DNA of 64,000 nucleotides from Phallusia mammillata (taxonomy: Eukaryota). Location of the stretch: NCBI GenBank assembly GCA_965637545.1, contig OZ281494.1, forward strand, positions 30,690,001-30,754,000. Reading direction: 5' to 3'. This document shows, piece after piece, positions 52,301 through 64,000 of the stretch. The notes below the pieces were generated by a model. The model was not told where the DNA came from. It saw only the letters and a list, made by a program, of their open reading frames with translations, and did not search any database. Every line of letters starts with the position of its first letter. The first letter of the stretch is position 1. The position numbers were made by a program, and so were the translations under genes.

Positions 52301-55300
52301 CGAGTCCCCCAAAAAAATATTGGAAAAACTACTGAAAAGGCTGAAGGTGTCCATTCTTTTTCATACGCCGCCATAACATTGTTGCTTAATCTAACAAACG
52401 TTTGTTTTATAAACGTTAAACACAATTGAGTATTGGTCCATTGTAAAACTTATTGTTCTTGATCCCTATTAGGCCTGTGTGCAGATACTCGAACCGCTTT
52501 TTGTTTGTATTTTCCGAAACGGACCTTAAAAAATATACTGAATATGCGTTGGTCGAGCCTCAAAAGCTGAAACAACAGGACGCCTTGCTCCCTCCTGTGG
52601 TATTTTGATGTAGATTTGTCAAGTTTTAAGCCATTAAAAATTGTAATCCGGTTCCACCGATTTTGACCGCACTTCTGCATAAAAAACATAAGTTAGTAAT
52701 ATTTTTTTCTCATGCCAAAATGGTATTTTAAAATGACAAGTAAGCGTTGCTTAGCAATAATTTCGAATGATTTCGGTGCTAGGGTCTAAACTTTATATTA
52801 TACAGTATCACGTCATTTTGAAGCAAATTGGAAGTCAAAGCCCGACGAAAAAAAGCTGTTACTTATTTGGTCAACGTCTCGTCATTTCCAATTTTGTCGA
52901 ACGTTCAAAGTCTTTCGGGAATAACTTTAAAACGTTAAAAAGCACATCACCGCTCAAAGCTGTAAGTTATTCCCAGCAGATTACTTCAAAGGCTCGTCGG
53001 CGTGTCGGAATTGTTCTATCGCTTGCCATCGGTGGGGGGGATAGACCGCCATTATGACGTCATACGGTGACGCCGATGAATTATTCATTTAAGGTTCTCG
53101 CGGGAAAGTGTCGATTGTAGTAAGACCGCGTCTGGACTTTTTTTAAACTCGATGTCGCTTTTTGCGTATCATTTCAGCTTTGTTCAATATGGTAGCGGGA
53201 TTTTGAGGTGCCTCACTCAAGCGGAAAACAATTTAAAACGCTTTCCTATGCTCGCCCATTGCTCCCCAAAGGTGCATATTATACCAATGGATGATTATTA
53301 TACAATACATCAAACACAATTGACTAGTATGGTGTTTTTCTCAGGGTAGCAAGCCTTAACCATGTTTATTCACCCATTTTAGGATTAGTTGATTCTATGA
53401 AAGTGGTTTTCAAACGCTTTAAATCTAAAAAAAGCCAAAATCTTATGGTCTAAAACGTAATATGACTTATGAAAGTTTTCAAAAATAGTTGCAATTATAT
53501 GTACACCAGAGATTATGAAACCTATTTTATTACATAATGCAGTACCCCAAGTTCATTTGTGGCCCACTGAAACTATATTTTGGGCCACCGGCTTTGGAAA
53601 CCACTAAGCAAGGGGTGGGCAACCTTTGTTTCTGTGGGGCCAATTACAAATGTCAAAGTTGGATCGCGGGCCGCACCTGTGTGTAACACAAAGTGATTTT
53701 GCTTTGTTGCTTACCAAATATGCTAAATTACAAGTAAAATTCGCATTTGATTCTAGCCACATTTTGCCAGATCGCAGAAAACTAGTATCAGGCGCAATAA
53801 TCAACTCAAAAATATGTAATAATTTGACTCGTTTGCCAGTATTTTGAAATCCAAGCGTCTCTGCGGGCCGCACAACCTTTAAAGAAGGGCCGCAGGTTGC
53901 CCACCCCTGCACTAAGCCAACACATAATTTACCACGAAATGTTGTCTTGCAGGCGGGCAAGTGTTATTTCGTTTCTGACAACAACCCTGTCCGGTTCTTC
54001 GACTTTTTATCACCCTTGGTAAGTTTATGTATATTCTGAGAACGTTAAGGTGTAATGCAATGGTTCCCAACCCGGGATGAGTTTACTTTATTTTTTACAT
54101 GTGATTTGTAAATAGACACTTAAGCTACGTGGATATGAACTGTGAAGTTGATAAATTACCCAATGTTACGTATGGTTTAGTATCTACTATGAAGTATATT
54201 AGGGGAGAATGACAATGGTTTGGATTGCTAATGGGGGAATTGATCGAAAAGGTTGAGAACCACTGATGTAATACATTAAACGTGCTATATATTGAACTAA
54301 CATTTTGTCACATTTTTGATAGAAACGCATTATTTGTAACTTTACTTTGTTGGATTTGTGTATGTTTCTGCTTGGAGAATCACGATTTGTGTGCAAAAAA
54401 TATGGTTGAAAATATGTATTCCTAAGGCACTATTGTGTATGTGGAATTGGGCACAAACCAACTTTGTAGTAGCCAATACATTCCATTAGGTAGGTAGATT
54501 AATACCGAATGCTCTGCACTGCGTATCAATTTTCAACTTTTTGAATGCTTAAATTACAGTGCAATACACACGCAAATCCACCCACCCCTATAGGTTCGAC
54601 AATCACGTCTGTTTATTGGTAACATTCGAGATTTCTAACTGGCGCCCTTTTTGTTTTTTCCCTTGCAGTTTGTCGGTCTCGGGCACTCTCCGCCGCGCTA
54701 CAAGTGTCCTTATATCTTCGTATATTATGCCGGTAAGTGCACTTCTAATGGGCCACTAGGTTAAAAAAAACCACTGTGTAAAAATGAAGCCCCCCTGCTT
54801 TTCTGTTGACGAGCATTTTAAAATTTCATTCAACCTGAACACATAATTTGTTTGGAATTAAGTTGTGGAAAAACATTGATTTTGCCGATTGTGTGTTGTT
54901 TTTAGCTTGGACAACTTTGAAAATCGCTTTGCCTATGCGTTTAGTATCGGTAAGAGTAATGTGGTATTGTATGTTCGTTTAAATTTACTTTAATATTTAA
55001 GTCGCATTGGCTTAAAATAGCTTTGGGACACCCATACATTCACAAAACGTCTTATTGGGTTGTCATATATGCCTCAAATTGACTATCAATGACATTAAAC
55101 AGACATATTAACGTACCAAACGCACAACGTACTTTAACAACACTAGAATCGTATTGAGAACTTTGCCAGTTTTCAAACTCAGCGGCCGGTTGCTAAGCTG
55201 TTGTGAATGGATTATCAAGTACCCCGCACCGCATTGTCCTGAAATTGCCCGTTTTTTGGCCCGCCACCAGCATTTCTAGCAAGTGTACGTGACTTGTGAG

Positions 55301-58300
55301 CGCATTTGATGGTTGCCACTGAACTTAGAGTGTCTTTGTTGCCCACTTGCCATAAAAAAAACTTACAATTATACGAGGTTTGTTTTGACTTGGGTATTAA
55401 ACCAGAAACGAAAATACTTTGTCCTAATCGGCTGTACAATGTAATTCTGAACAACGAACAAGCGTTTCGTCCACCAGGTTGCATATTTAAGTAATTTGTC
55501 GTTTAACTCGTGTGATGCTAAACAAAATACTATGGTTTTTTGAACACTTTGTGGATTGTGGCCAAAAGATATAGTTTTACCGACAATAAATAAATTATAA
55601 AAATACCGACATATTGAAGCACTACTACTAGCATCAATCAGCAATCAACCATTCTAAGCCTTGGAAAATAGTGGAGCCCACAATACCAGCGTCCTTTGTG
55701 TATTAAAACTTACGACCGACGAATGGTTGTCAGCAGCATCAATTATTCAAAACTCAAATACCCGCTCTTGACATTGTTAACACAAGCACGTCTGATTGGC
55801 ATCTTTGGCGTCCCGTTGCCATAACGACCTCCCGGGACGAGTACACATTTCCATGGCTCTCTCATAGGAATTTCAGTAATGGCCTTAAAAGCACTTAGGA
55901 AAGCGCAACAATGCTCTTTTGTGCGCGCCACCAATTTTAGGTTGATCTGTCAATAAGTATCTCAAATTAAGTTTATGTATTTTTAAACTGCTGTATCCAA
56001 AACTCGCCATAAAGACATTTTTTTACGACAACAGATGTATTGATTTGTGTTGTACTTTATGATAAACTAAGCTGTTACAATGTCATAATGCGGTTGTTTG
56101 TATAGTTGTAAATGTTTGATCAAAAGTTCTACAGCATGTAAAGGCATACAACCGATTTTAAATTAACAATTTGGGGTTTGGAACAAAAAAGTTTGAAACC
56201 GCTGTTTTTAACCGTATTAGATTCTTGTCTACATTTCATCTGGTAAGGTTATGTTAAGAAAATATGTGGTCCACTTTGAAACCACATTACAATAGTTGAA
56301 GACAAAATTTTGCTAACGAAACGCTGTTTAGGTTGGCATGTTGCCTAAAACCACAGCGCTTAACAAATTCCCATGTAATATGTCTTTTTGTTCTTTGCAG
56401 CTTTTTTAATGGAGTTGGTCTATCACTTGATGAAACCCTGGCGCGTGGTTGCTCCACTGGCAACTAGAACAGAGGTATTCAAATTTCAAATGTTAAATGA
56501 TTACTTCCGTTTTTGTATGCACCAAGCGGCCTGCTAAAATTTGCCGACTCAGCAAAAATAATTTAAAGTTTGTGTTAATTAGCTGTTTCATAGCATGTTT
56601 GGTTAAGTCATGAAACGTTTTGGTTTTCCTGTGTGGTTGAAACCTGATATCACTTGCATTGTGAATTCTGCTTTTATGTGACTAGTGTTGTATTTTGGGG
56701 TAAATGTGAGTTCGTGGTTACATGTACCACTACCAGGCCAACCCATATCAAAATAATACAAGTGATTGTATGAAAATCAAACAATAACAAAATGGGTTTG
56801 AATATATTAACACGCATTGTCATGGAGAGTGCTGTGCTATTCTGTGGGAAATAAACACTGGAAGTTTCATATTACGGTTTCAAAGTATACATTAGCAATA
56901 AACTGTTACACAAATCCAATAATGTAAAGTACAAAAGTGATTTTTTTTCAACCATCTTAATTTGCTCTAGCGCAGCGCCTTTATATGCGCAAGAACTCGT
57001 GAAGTTACTTAAAAAAGATTTGCAATAAACCGGTTAAAATGCAGGCTGTGGTTAGAGCAGGTACCAGCACTGTACAGAGGAAATTGCCTATCCACGGTAA
57101 ACCGCAGCAGAAAATTAATTACGATTTTCCTATAATTTGACTTGTGCTGCACTATATTCTAAAACTATTTGCCGTAATGGGGTGTTCCTAACTCTGTTTA
57201 AAAATACTTAAAAAATGTTAAGCAGCCATAAAAAATCCAAGCTCAAATTTGGTTTGCATGTGGACAATTGCCAGGCAAACAGTTGAAGTACATTTCCAAA
57301 ATCCAAATTTCTCTCACATGTAACTAAACCCACATGTTCAGCAATGAGTTCTGAAACCATAGGCTTCAACTGACGATTACTGTTTGGCGTTTTTCAATTT
57401 CAAAGCATTCCTATCTTCAATTTTTACCACTCAAAGGTACCATATGCCACTACCATGTACAATGTATGTTATATAAAGGCGAGCGTATCTTGGTCGGGTT
57501 TTGTTGTGGTAAAATTGCTTACATTCGGTACCACGTTCAGGCCGCATTATAGTGTACAATTGCGGTGCAGCCAAGCAAACGGTTTGACAAGTAGGATTAA
57601 GTGTTTGCAACCACACTAAACCCACGCAACAAGCCAATTGCTTCCTGTGTCAGAAAGGCACAGCGTACTACGGCTTAAAAGTAAGTCAAAGGGCAGAGAA
57701 AAACTGTGGTTGGGTCTAAAGTCGATGTAACACTGGATAAAGTCGATGTAACACTGGACTGCTAATTTTTTTACATATGCTGTTATTGTTCAAATTGTAG
57801 TTGTCTTAATTTTTGTGTAAAGACTTGGGCCCTTTGCATTTGCTGACTCAGCGAAAATTTGCTATGCCGTTGTTGAGCGTTGACTTGCACGTACTTAACA
57901 GTCAAAACAACTGTTTAAAGCAGTGGTTCCCAACCTTTTTTGTTGCATTCCTCCCTTTGCCAATTTTCGAACTATTCATTCCTCCCAATAAGACGAAAAA
58001 CAACAATAACATGAAAAATTAAAGCAATTTAAAATAGACCTTGTAATTAGGGTGGTCCATTTTAGAATCTTTTACAACCGGATCCAAATTATAATGGACA
58101 TCCCCAATGCACATACAAAATCAAAAATATTCTGTAACATTTCCAATGTAAATTATTTTACAGTTTTTTATGAAATTCCTCCCCTGAACTCATAAAATTC
58201 CTCCCTAGGGAGGAATTCCTCCCCGGTTGGGAACCACTGGTTTAAAGGCTTTTCGTGGTTAGTGTTTTGAATGTTCCTTAAAGCGCGTTTGTTTTTTGCA

Positions 58301-60343
58301 CCTAGTTTTTGCCATCCAATTCAAATCACGAAAGATAACCTGCAAAGTTGATTACATTTATTGTTTTAAACCGCCGTTCTGGTATGTTTGTCCGTTTTCT
58401 CAGAAATGCTAGAACCCCATTGAGCAAAAATGCTACATTTATATGATTCATTATAGATTTAGGGTTTGCAGATAAACAAATCACATACGATAAAAAATCT
58501 TTAACGTATGTGTAAAGATTGTTCTTTGTAAGAATACATCAATGGGACGCATTGACTTAAAGTTATGGCGGCTTGTAATGTATAGTAAAGAGAAAGTAAG
58601 GAGATCCGTCGGAGAATATGCTTATGCGTCTCTGTTGTGCACATTGACCAAAAAATCCTAAAAAACGGAAATGGGATAAAAATGCTTACGAACTATTCGT
58701 GTGGCATGACAATTTTCGGCCATTTACTTGGTAAAGTTTGTTTGATTTGTGTTTGAGGTGTTACCATTTCACGATGCTAAAATACCACGGCACGAAAACC
58801 GAAATGTTCATTTGTTTTGGAAACGTTTTTTTCTGCGATACGTAACGAAACTTATATATGTAAAGCCGATTGTACCAATGTTTTGGCACCATGTGTATTT
58901 TATGTTGGTTTGAGACAACCAATTGTGCCCATTTTTTGGCTAAATGTGCGCATTCTACTCGTCAAGCAAGACAACCGACTAAAAGTTTTTATTCAATGCG
59001 TTTGACCAAAACGATTTCGTTTTCACTGGTGATTCTAGCCTCGTACATTAGCCAAAATCAGGCGTTTACATTCCGGCATATAAATAATGCATTCCAGGTG
59101 ATTTGCCATGCAAGCCTTCAATAAACTTTAATAAAAGTCCACACACATGCCTGGTTCCTTTCACTAATAAAGAAATGCACATTAAAAAAGAATGTGTTTT
59201 ATTCTTATATTCCCCTATATTTGCCCCATATTTAAGCGAATTTGTTAAAATAGAACACTGCAGTACGAATTAAATTTTGTTGTTGTGTTAAAGCATTAAA
59301 ATTTGACCGGTATTTTACACATTTTAATCTCCTATGCACACTTTCACCTACTGCTAGAGCCACAAAAATGTGTCTTTGTTGCGTCACAGTAACACGTCTA
59401 GTGACGTAAACCCAGGCAGATTATCTCTGCGATAATATCAAGCTTATACAGAGGCGAGAAACCTACGAAACGCTTCACATTGTAACCCATTGTTTAAATG
59501 CATATTTTTGGTTTGGGCGTAACCCTGTCTAACGTGTTTTTGACTTAGGGTGTTTACTTTGTTATTTGAGATATTTAAGTCATTACGATCAGTGGTGGGG
59601 TTCAATTTTTTCAGCCGGCTCACAAAAGTCATATTTTTCAGACGGTTCTGTTACAAAAAGTCCATTGACAGTAACCAGTAATGCTAACCGGTTCGCTGAT
59701 CTCTTTCGTGAGACGGTTCTAGAGAACCGGTGCGAACCGGCTAATTACGATGTAATAAACCTGTAAAAACATAGAAATCATATGCATTTATTTTTCTAGG
59801 TAATGAAAATGGGACTTTCCCACTTTCACACCATGGACAAAGCAATAAAAGAGCTGGGTTATAGACCCAAGATATACGATTTTGCCGACGTTGCAAAACT
59901 TTACCTCAAAGAACGCCCGACAGCAAGTAAGCACACGTTTTTACTGTATTTATTATAAAAGGTGCTAGTTGTTACAAAAACGTGCCACTTCTTGAAATTG
60001 TACGTTTTTGATCACATGTTTTGTTTGTCTACGAACTATTATGTGTAGTAAAGTTATTTTTAATCGACGTGGACATTGATTGAATATAACAAAAGCTGTT
60101 TAAACAGAAAATATTAAATGTGGGAATTATACGTCCTCATTTTGATCTTACAGTAAACCTTTTTCACGTTTTACTGCGTAAATGTGCGCTACGTCATACC
60201 GACTTTTTGATTATCAATGACAAAAAACATTTTTATTTTTAGGTGTTGATCCAATCAGGGACACAAGAGGGAACTATTGGGCCAAAATCACGTTAATAGG
60301 CCTGGCCTTGTTCTGTTGTTTGTTACAACTCTTGCTTTTATGA
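40368..60343 (+). CDS. SDR42E1: Extended SDR / 3-beta-HSD family protein, SDR42E1-like, 408 aa
   Basis: 13 phase-consistent exons: 40368-40444, 40583-40739, 40917-41012, 41219-41276, 41462-41577, 42059-42134, 44935-45017, 51825-51956, 53953-54018, 54669-54732, 56401-56474, 59800-59926, 60243-60343. Motifs: TGGCGYFG, CVYHVASFGLSG, YTSSYNV, catalytic YSSTK, TCCLRPAGIFGPGE, VHVNNLVQ, AIKELGY, and a C-terminal hydrophobic anchor. The first exon is the least certain. Confidence 0.9.
44494..44682. mobile_element. TIR element (CAGAG(T/G)TGTA(A/G)GT family); relatives at about 3180-3303 and 50786-51109
   Basis: Ends CAGAGTTGTAGGTCGG / CCCACTTACACCTCTG, with sub-terminal TCGGG repeats. Confidence 0.7.
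45288..46238. mobile_element. 951-bp hAT-type element nested within another inverted-repeat element
   Basis: TIRs CAGGGGTTCTTAAACT / AGTTTAAGAACCCCTG; perfect TSD GTGTAGAG; flanked by a perfect 27-bp inverted repeat at 45247-45273 / 46288-46314. Confidence 0.9.
53610..53909. mobile_element. hAT-type MITE
   Basis: TIRs AGGGGTGGGCAACCT / AGGTTGCCCACCCCT; perfect TSD CACTAAGC. Confidence 0.88.
54058..54265. mobile_element. hAT-type MITE
   Basis: TIRs CAATGGTTCCCAACC / GGTTGAGAACCACTG; degenerate TSD GTGTAATG/ATGTAATA. Confidence 0.75.
57921..58239. mobile_element. hAT-type MITE
   Basis: TIRs CAGTGGTTCCCAACC / GGTTGGGAACCACTG; perfect TSD GTTTAAAG. Confidence 0.9.
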
Positions 60344-63159
60344 AATCGTGTGGTCTGATCTACTCAAACCCCCTGTAACTTTTTTCCGTCATTTTTCTTC
60401 TACTCATACTGGTAAGCTCTTACAGGAAGTTTGTCTACCAGTTTGTGCGACGGAAATGCTTATTATTTGATAATTTATCTTACCGAACTTAATCCTAAGC
60501 TACGTTAATATTATCGCAGTGTTTTTAAAACTTTATATCAAAACATTTTGAACAAAAAGAGAAAAAGGGCGTTTGCGCAACATTTTTCTCACAACTAATT
60601 GATCCTTACTTAATAATTCTGTCGTTTTTTTTAATTTCATGTCACGAGCCCTTAGTTTAATAGTGGTAAGCCAAGCATTCGTCATTTTACCAGTACATTT
60701 CATACTGTGACAAACGGTACCTTATTGACTCTCTGGCGTCGCATGGCGGTATTTTTAAATATCAGACAGGCGTCGGAGGGTGTCGCCCTTGAGCTGGTGT
60801 CTAAAACCATGAGTCTGAAGCCATAACAAGTTTAAAAACATATTTTTGCACTTGGTTTTCACAGACCATAAAAGTAAGACATGCGCTGTGTCGTGTTTTG
60901 TACCACTAGGTGTCAGCCAAGCGGCTTTCGCAATGTGACTTTGTGTTGGAAAAGCTTATATTTTTAATCTACCTGAAGAGTTATCATACTTTCCATATAA
61001 AATCGCGATTTTACCACTTTTTTGCGTTTGAGTCGTGAGTTTGGTGCCATGATGGGGGCATGACCCTTTCACGAGGTTACCCCCTAGCGGTTCTCGAATG
61101 AAATATTTTAATGAAAATGAAAAATTTCTTGTACCAACAGTTGCACATTTATTTACTTTGGCTCGCCGTGTAATGCAAAACCCATCGTACTTTTGGAAAT
61201 CTCAGTTGAAATTTTCTTTTGCAATTTCTCACCAATGCAATATTGTATTTCCGCTTACAATGCACAATTACCTATTTGCCGAAAAAGTTCCACCTCTATA
61301 TATTAACAAGCCCATATATTTATATCCTAACTCGTGTGTCTGGACCTATAAACCTACACATTATGTATGTCTCGTGAGCCCTGCAATTTCCTGTACTATT
61401 TTCACAGTATTTTTGTCAAGGTAAAACTAATAGCTGCGCTAGTTTTAATGACCTACTGCTTTTGACCAAGCAAACTTTGCGTACTATCCTTAATCATGAC
61501 GTAACTGCTATGACGTCATTTTAAGTGGCCGATTTTCTACACGTCATGCTTTGTATCTCGTTTTAAACTTTTTGCGTACTTTTTTATGACGTCACTGCTT
61601 TATGACCACAGCACCACGTGCGATGGCAATGACGTCACAATGCTAGTCGTCGGAATTATGACGTCACAGTACGTTGACCGAGTTTCGTAAATTTTGTATC
61701 GCTTCATTAAAAGCTTATAGTACTGTTTTTTTCGCTTTTGCTTGACAGTAGGAAAAAAATAGAAGAATTCATCTCAAAATGTGTGTTGACGTTACAATAG
61801 GCTTTAGACCAGTGGCTCTCAATCTTTTTCAGCATGCGTTCCCTCCCATACATGGCGAACTTGGGAAACTTAAAGTCAATCGTTATATTATAAGGCCCGG
61901 ATGAGAAACGCTGCTCTAAATCTCGTTTTAGAACAACAAAAATGGGTGTTATATCACTTTAAAAAAGGCCGAAATTGGCTTACACAAAACCTACAACCAA
62001 AAAATGTCTGCTAAAAGGCATAATTACGTATAATACTAAGCTACGCTCGTCGAGCAACACTGATTTGACAATAAGTACGGAATATGGGTGCTATGTTTTA
62101 ATGTAAAAGTGTTTGGATGAATAATGTGGACAGTGGCAAAACAACTATAGCACAGCTATTATAGTTGTACAGCACTATGAGACACGCAAACCATTTCTTT
62201 GGTCCGGTACAATTTGCTGCATTAACATCGTGCGACGCGAGATCAGCGCTAACGACCATCAAACAACATAATTGCCAAACATTTTGCAGAACACCAATAC
62301 CAATAAGATTACCGATTTTAAGGTAGTCTTGGTTTAAAGACGATTCAAACACACACACACGAATATGCTGTAGCCTAGGCTATTTCCCAAAACTCACATG
62401 AACCGCTTTGAAAACGAGCGAAACGTTAATGCCATTCACCAGAGTTCGGCAATTGGTGACTAAAAAGATACACGTTTAGCTGTAACTCATTTGCGTGTAC
62501 CAAAATTACGCCTAAAAATAGCAGAAAACAACCAAGCATTTCGGATCGAACAGCCAATTCTTCATGTCTAGGCCTACTCGTGCCGTCTGTTCGTGAAGTA
62601 AAATCGATATGTTGTGTTTACACGTGGACTGGGGCCGAGATAATTCTGTTGTCTGTTTTCTGCGTGCTTTTAAACGTGTGTTTCTCGGTCCTCTTTTTGC
62701 ACCCCCTTAAATGCTTGATAAAAACTCCTATTAGTGGTAAATTTGCCTATATTGGTCGTTGAAAGAAGTTCTATCAAATCAAATCACCAGTGCTAAACGT
62801 GCCAGACTTCAAACAGGGCAGAGATTAAAGCAGAAAGTCCACTAAAAAATGACCGTACGGTGTCGCCAGCACATCACACCTACGGTCGAATTGTGACGTC
62901 ATTGCGCTGTGACGCGAAAACACGACAAGCCGGGGGTCTGCGTCTGCGGCAATCGAGACAGAAGACAAAAACGGCTCGAGGAGACACGAGTGCTTAGCTG
63001 GCGAATCTTGTTGTTGTTTACCCGCACCTGAATATTACACTCGGGATTTAACCTACTGAGGCAGCTGTGGGACAACTGCAAGCAATTATACGGACTTTTT
63101 GCACTGTTGTTTTTGTAACACGGATATTCGAATTTGGATTTACTTTTTGCTTGCCCACT

Positions 63160-63703
63160 ATGGCGGAAGGAATATGTAAGACGCTGTATTCATATAATGG
63201 TGCCGGTGGCGGAGAAGTAAGTTGTAAACCTGTCATAGCCAGCTTTGTATCAATCGCTTAAATTAGTTTGCAACAATATGCCACAAAATTAAATTGTTAA
63301 CTTCTTTCAAACAAAGCACGTTGCACATGTTGGTCCAAAGCAAATGAAGCACACGTTGCACATTACAGTACGTTACATTTTGTGATTTGTTTGTGAAATT
63401 ACTAGAAATTGCAATACAAGTGTCTAATTAAACAACCACCGTTTCTTAGTTATACAATTGTTGTGATTTTACAGAATTGTATACAAGTATACTTGTGCGC
63501 AACTATAATTGACATCGTTGGCATAACACATGTCTTGGTCCCTGTGGAAAATAAAACACTTGCTCTCTTCTCAGATTACAACATTAACCTTTGATGCTGG
63601 TGAAGCCATCCAGATTTTGTATTCTGGTGACGAAGGATGGTGGGAAGGAGAAATAAATGGAAGAAGAGGATGGTTCCCTGCATCATATGTCACCAAAGTA
63701 CAG
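63160..63703 (+). CDS. GAS7: N-terminal SH3 domain of a GAS7-like protein (continues beyond the window)
   Basis: Exons 63160-63216 and 63575-63703 give MAEGICKTLYSYNGAGGGEITTLTFDAGEAIQILYSGDEGWWEGEINGRRGWFPASYVTKVQ. This is closest to the recalled GAS7 SH3 (CRTLYPF..LRFAAGE..WWEGE..RGWFPASYV). SNX9/18 or PIX is less likely but not excluded from the SH3 alone. Confidence 0.7.
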
Positions 63704-64000
63704 GTACGACATGTTGTGCCAAATATCGTATGGTGGTATATGGATTACAATTGAAGTCATAAACCAAATGCTGATTTTTGCGGTTGTTTTCTATAAGATT
63801 AACTTGGTAAACAACAAAACATGTATTTAAAGTCTTAAAGATAAGGCATATCTCCAATATTGTGTCTGTTTGTGGTAAATAAAAGCCGCTGATTGTACAC
63901 AAGCAAAATACATTAAAAGCTTTGTCTAGTTGTTTGTGTGTCCAAGTAGTTTTGTCGCAAAATATAAGGTGTGCAGGTTTATTGCGAATATTATGTAAAT

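Noticed and set aside
55707-55900. About 64 open codons in SDR42E1 intron 10
   Set aside because: No start codon, weak splice signals and no recognisable protein.
63160-63703. ARHGEF7 (beta-PIX) or SNX9/18 assignment for the SH3 exons
   Set aside because: CKTLY, F-x-AGE and GWFPASYV match recalled GAS7 better; downstream domains are outside the window, so the call stays provisional.

Overview
AT-rich, intron-rich animal genomic DNA. An ascidian/tunicate origin is inferred from the metallothionein N-terminus, the 67-72 nt minimal introns and the repeat types. The ORF track is mostly noise, so I rebuilt genes by hand from GT-AG boundaries and checked that every junction keeps frame. Gene order: 3' half of a PDI-family gene (+), GON7-like (-), WWP1/ITCH-type HECT E3 ligase (-, 23 coding exons, 857 aa), speriolin/SPATC1L-like (-), HAPSTR1 (+), NPL4 (-), a metallothionein largely missed by the ORF track (-), SDR42E1-like (+, 13 exons over 20 kb) and the start of a GAS7-like gene (+). 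Introns carry many non-autonomous DNA transposons: hAT MITEs with 8-bp TSDs, a Helentron-like element, and nested or Pack-like elements. Main oddities: (1) NPL4 has lost both CHCC zinc fingers and the C-terminal NZF and ends in a UIM-like motif; (2) the PDI-like and GON7-like CDSs overlap at their stop codons and their mRNAs should be antisense over about 400 nt; (3) the PDI a' domain lacks CxxC and has a His/acidic tail ending HYEL; (4) the metallothionein stop codon appears split by an intron, giving 12-Cys or 14-Cys forms. No CRISPR array, rRNA or intact transposase was seen. All homology calls are from recalled sequences, not database searches.
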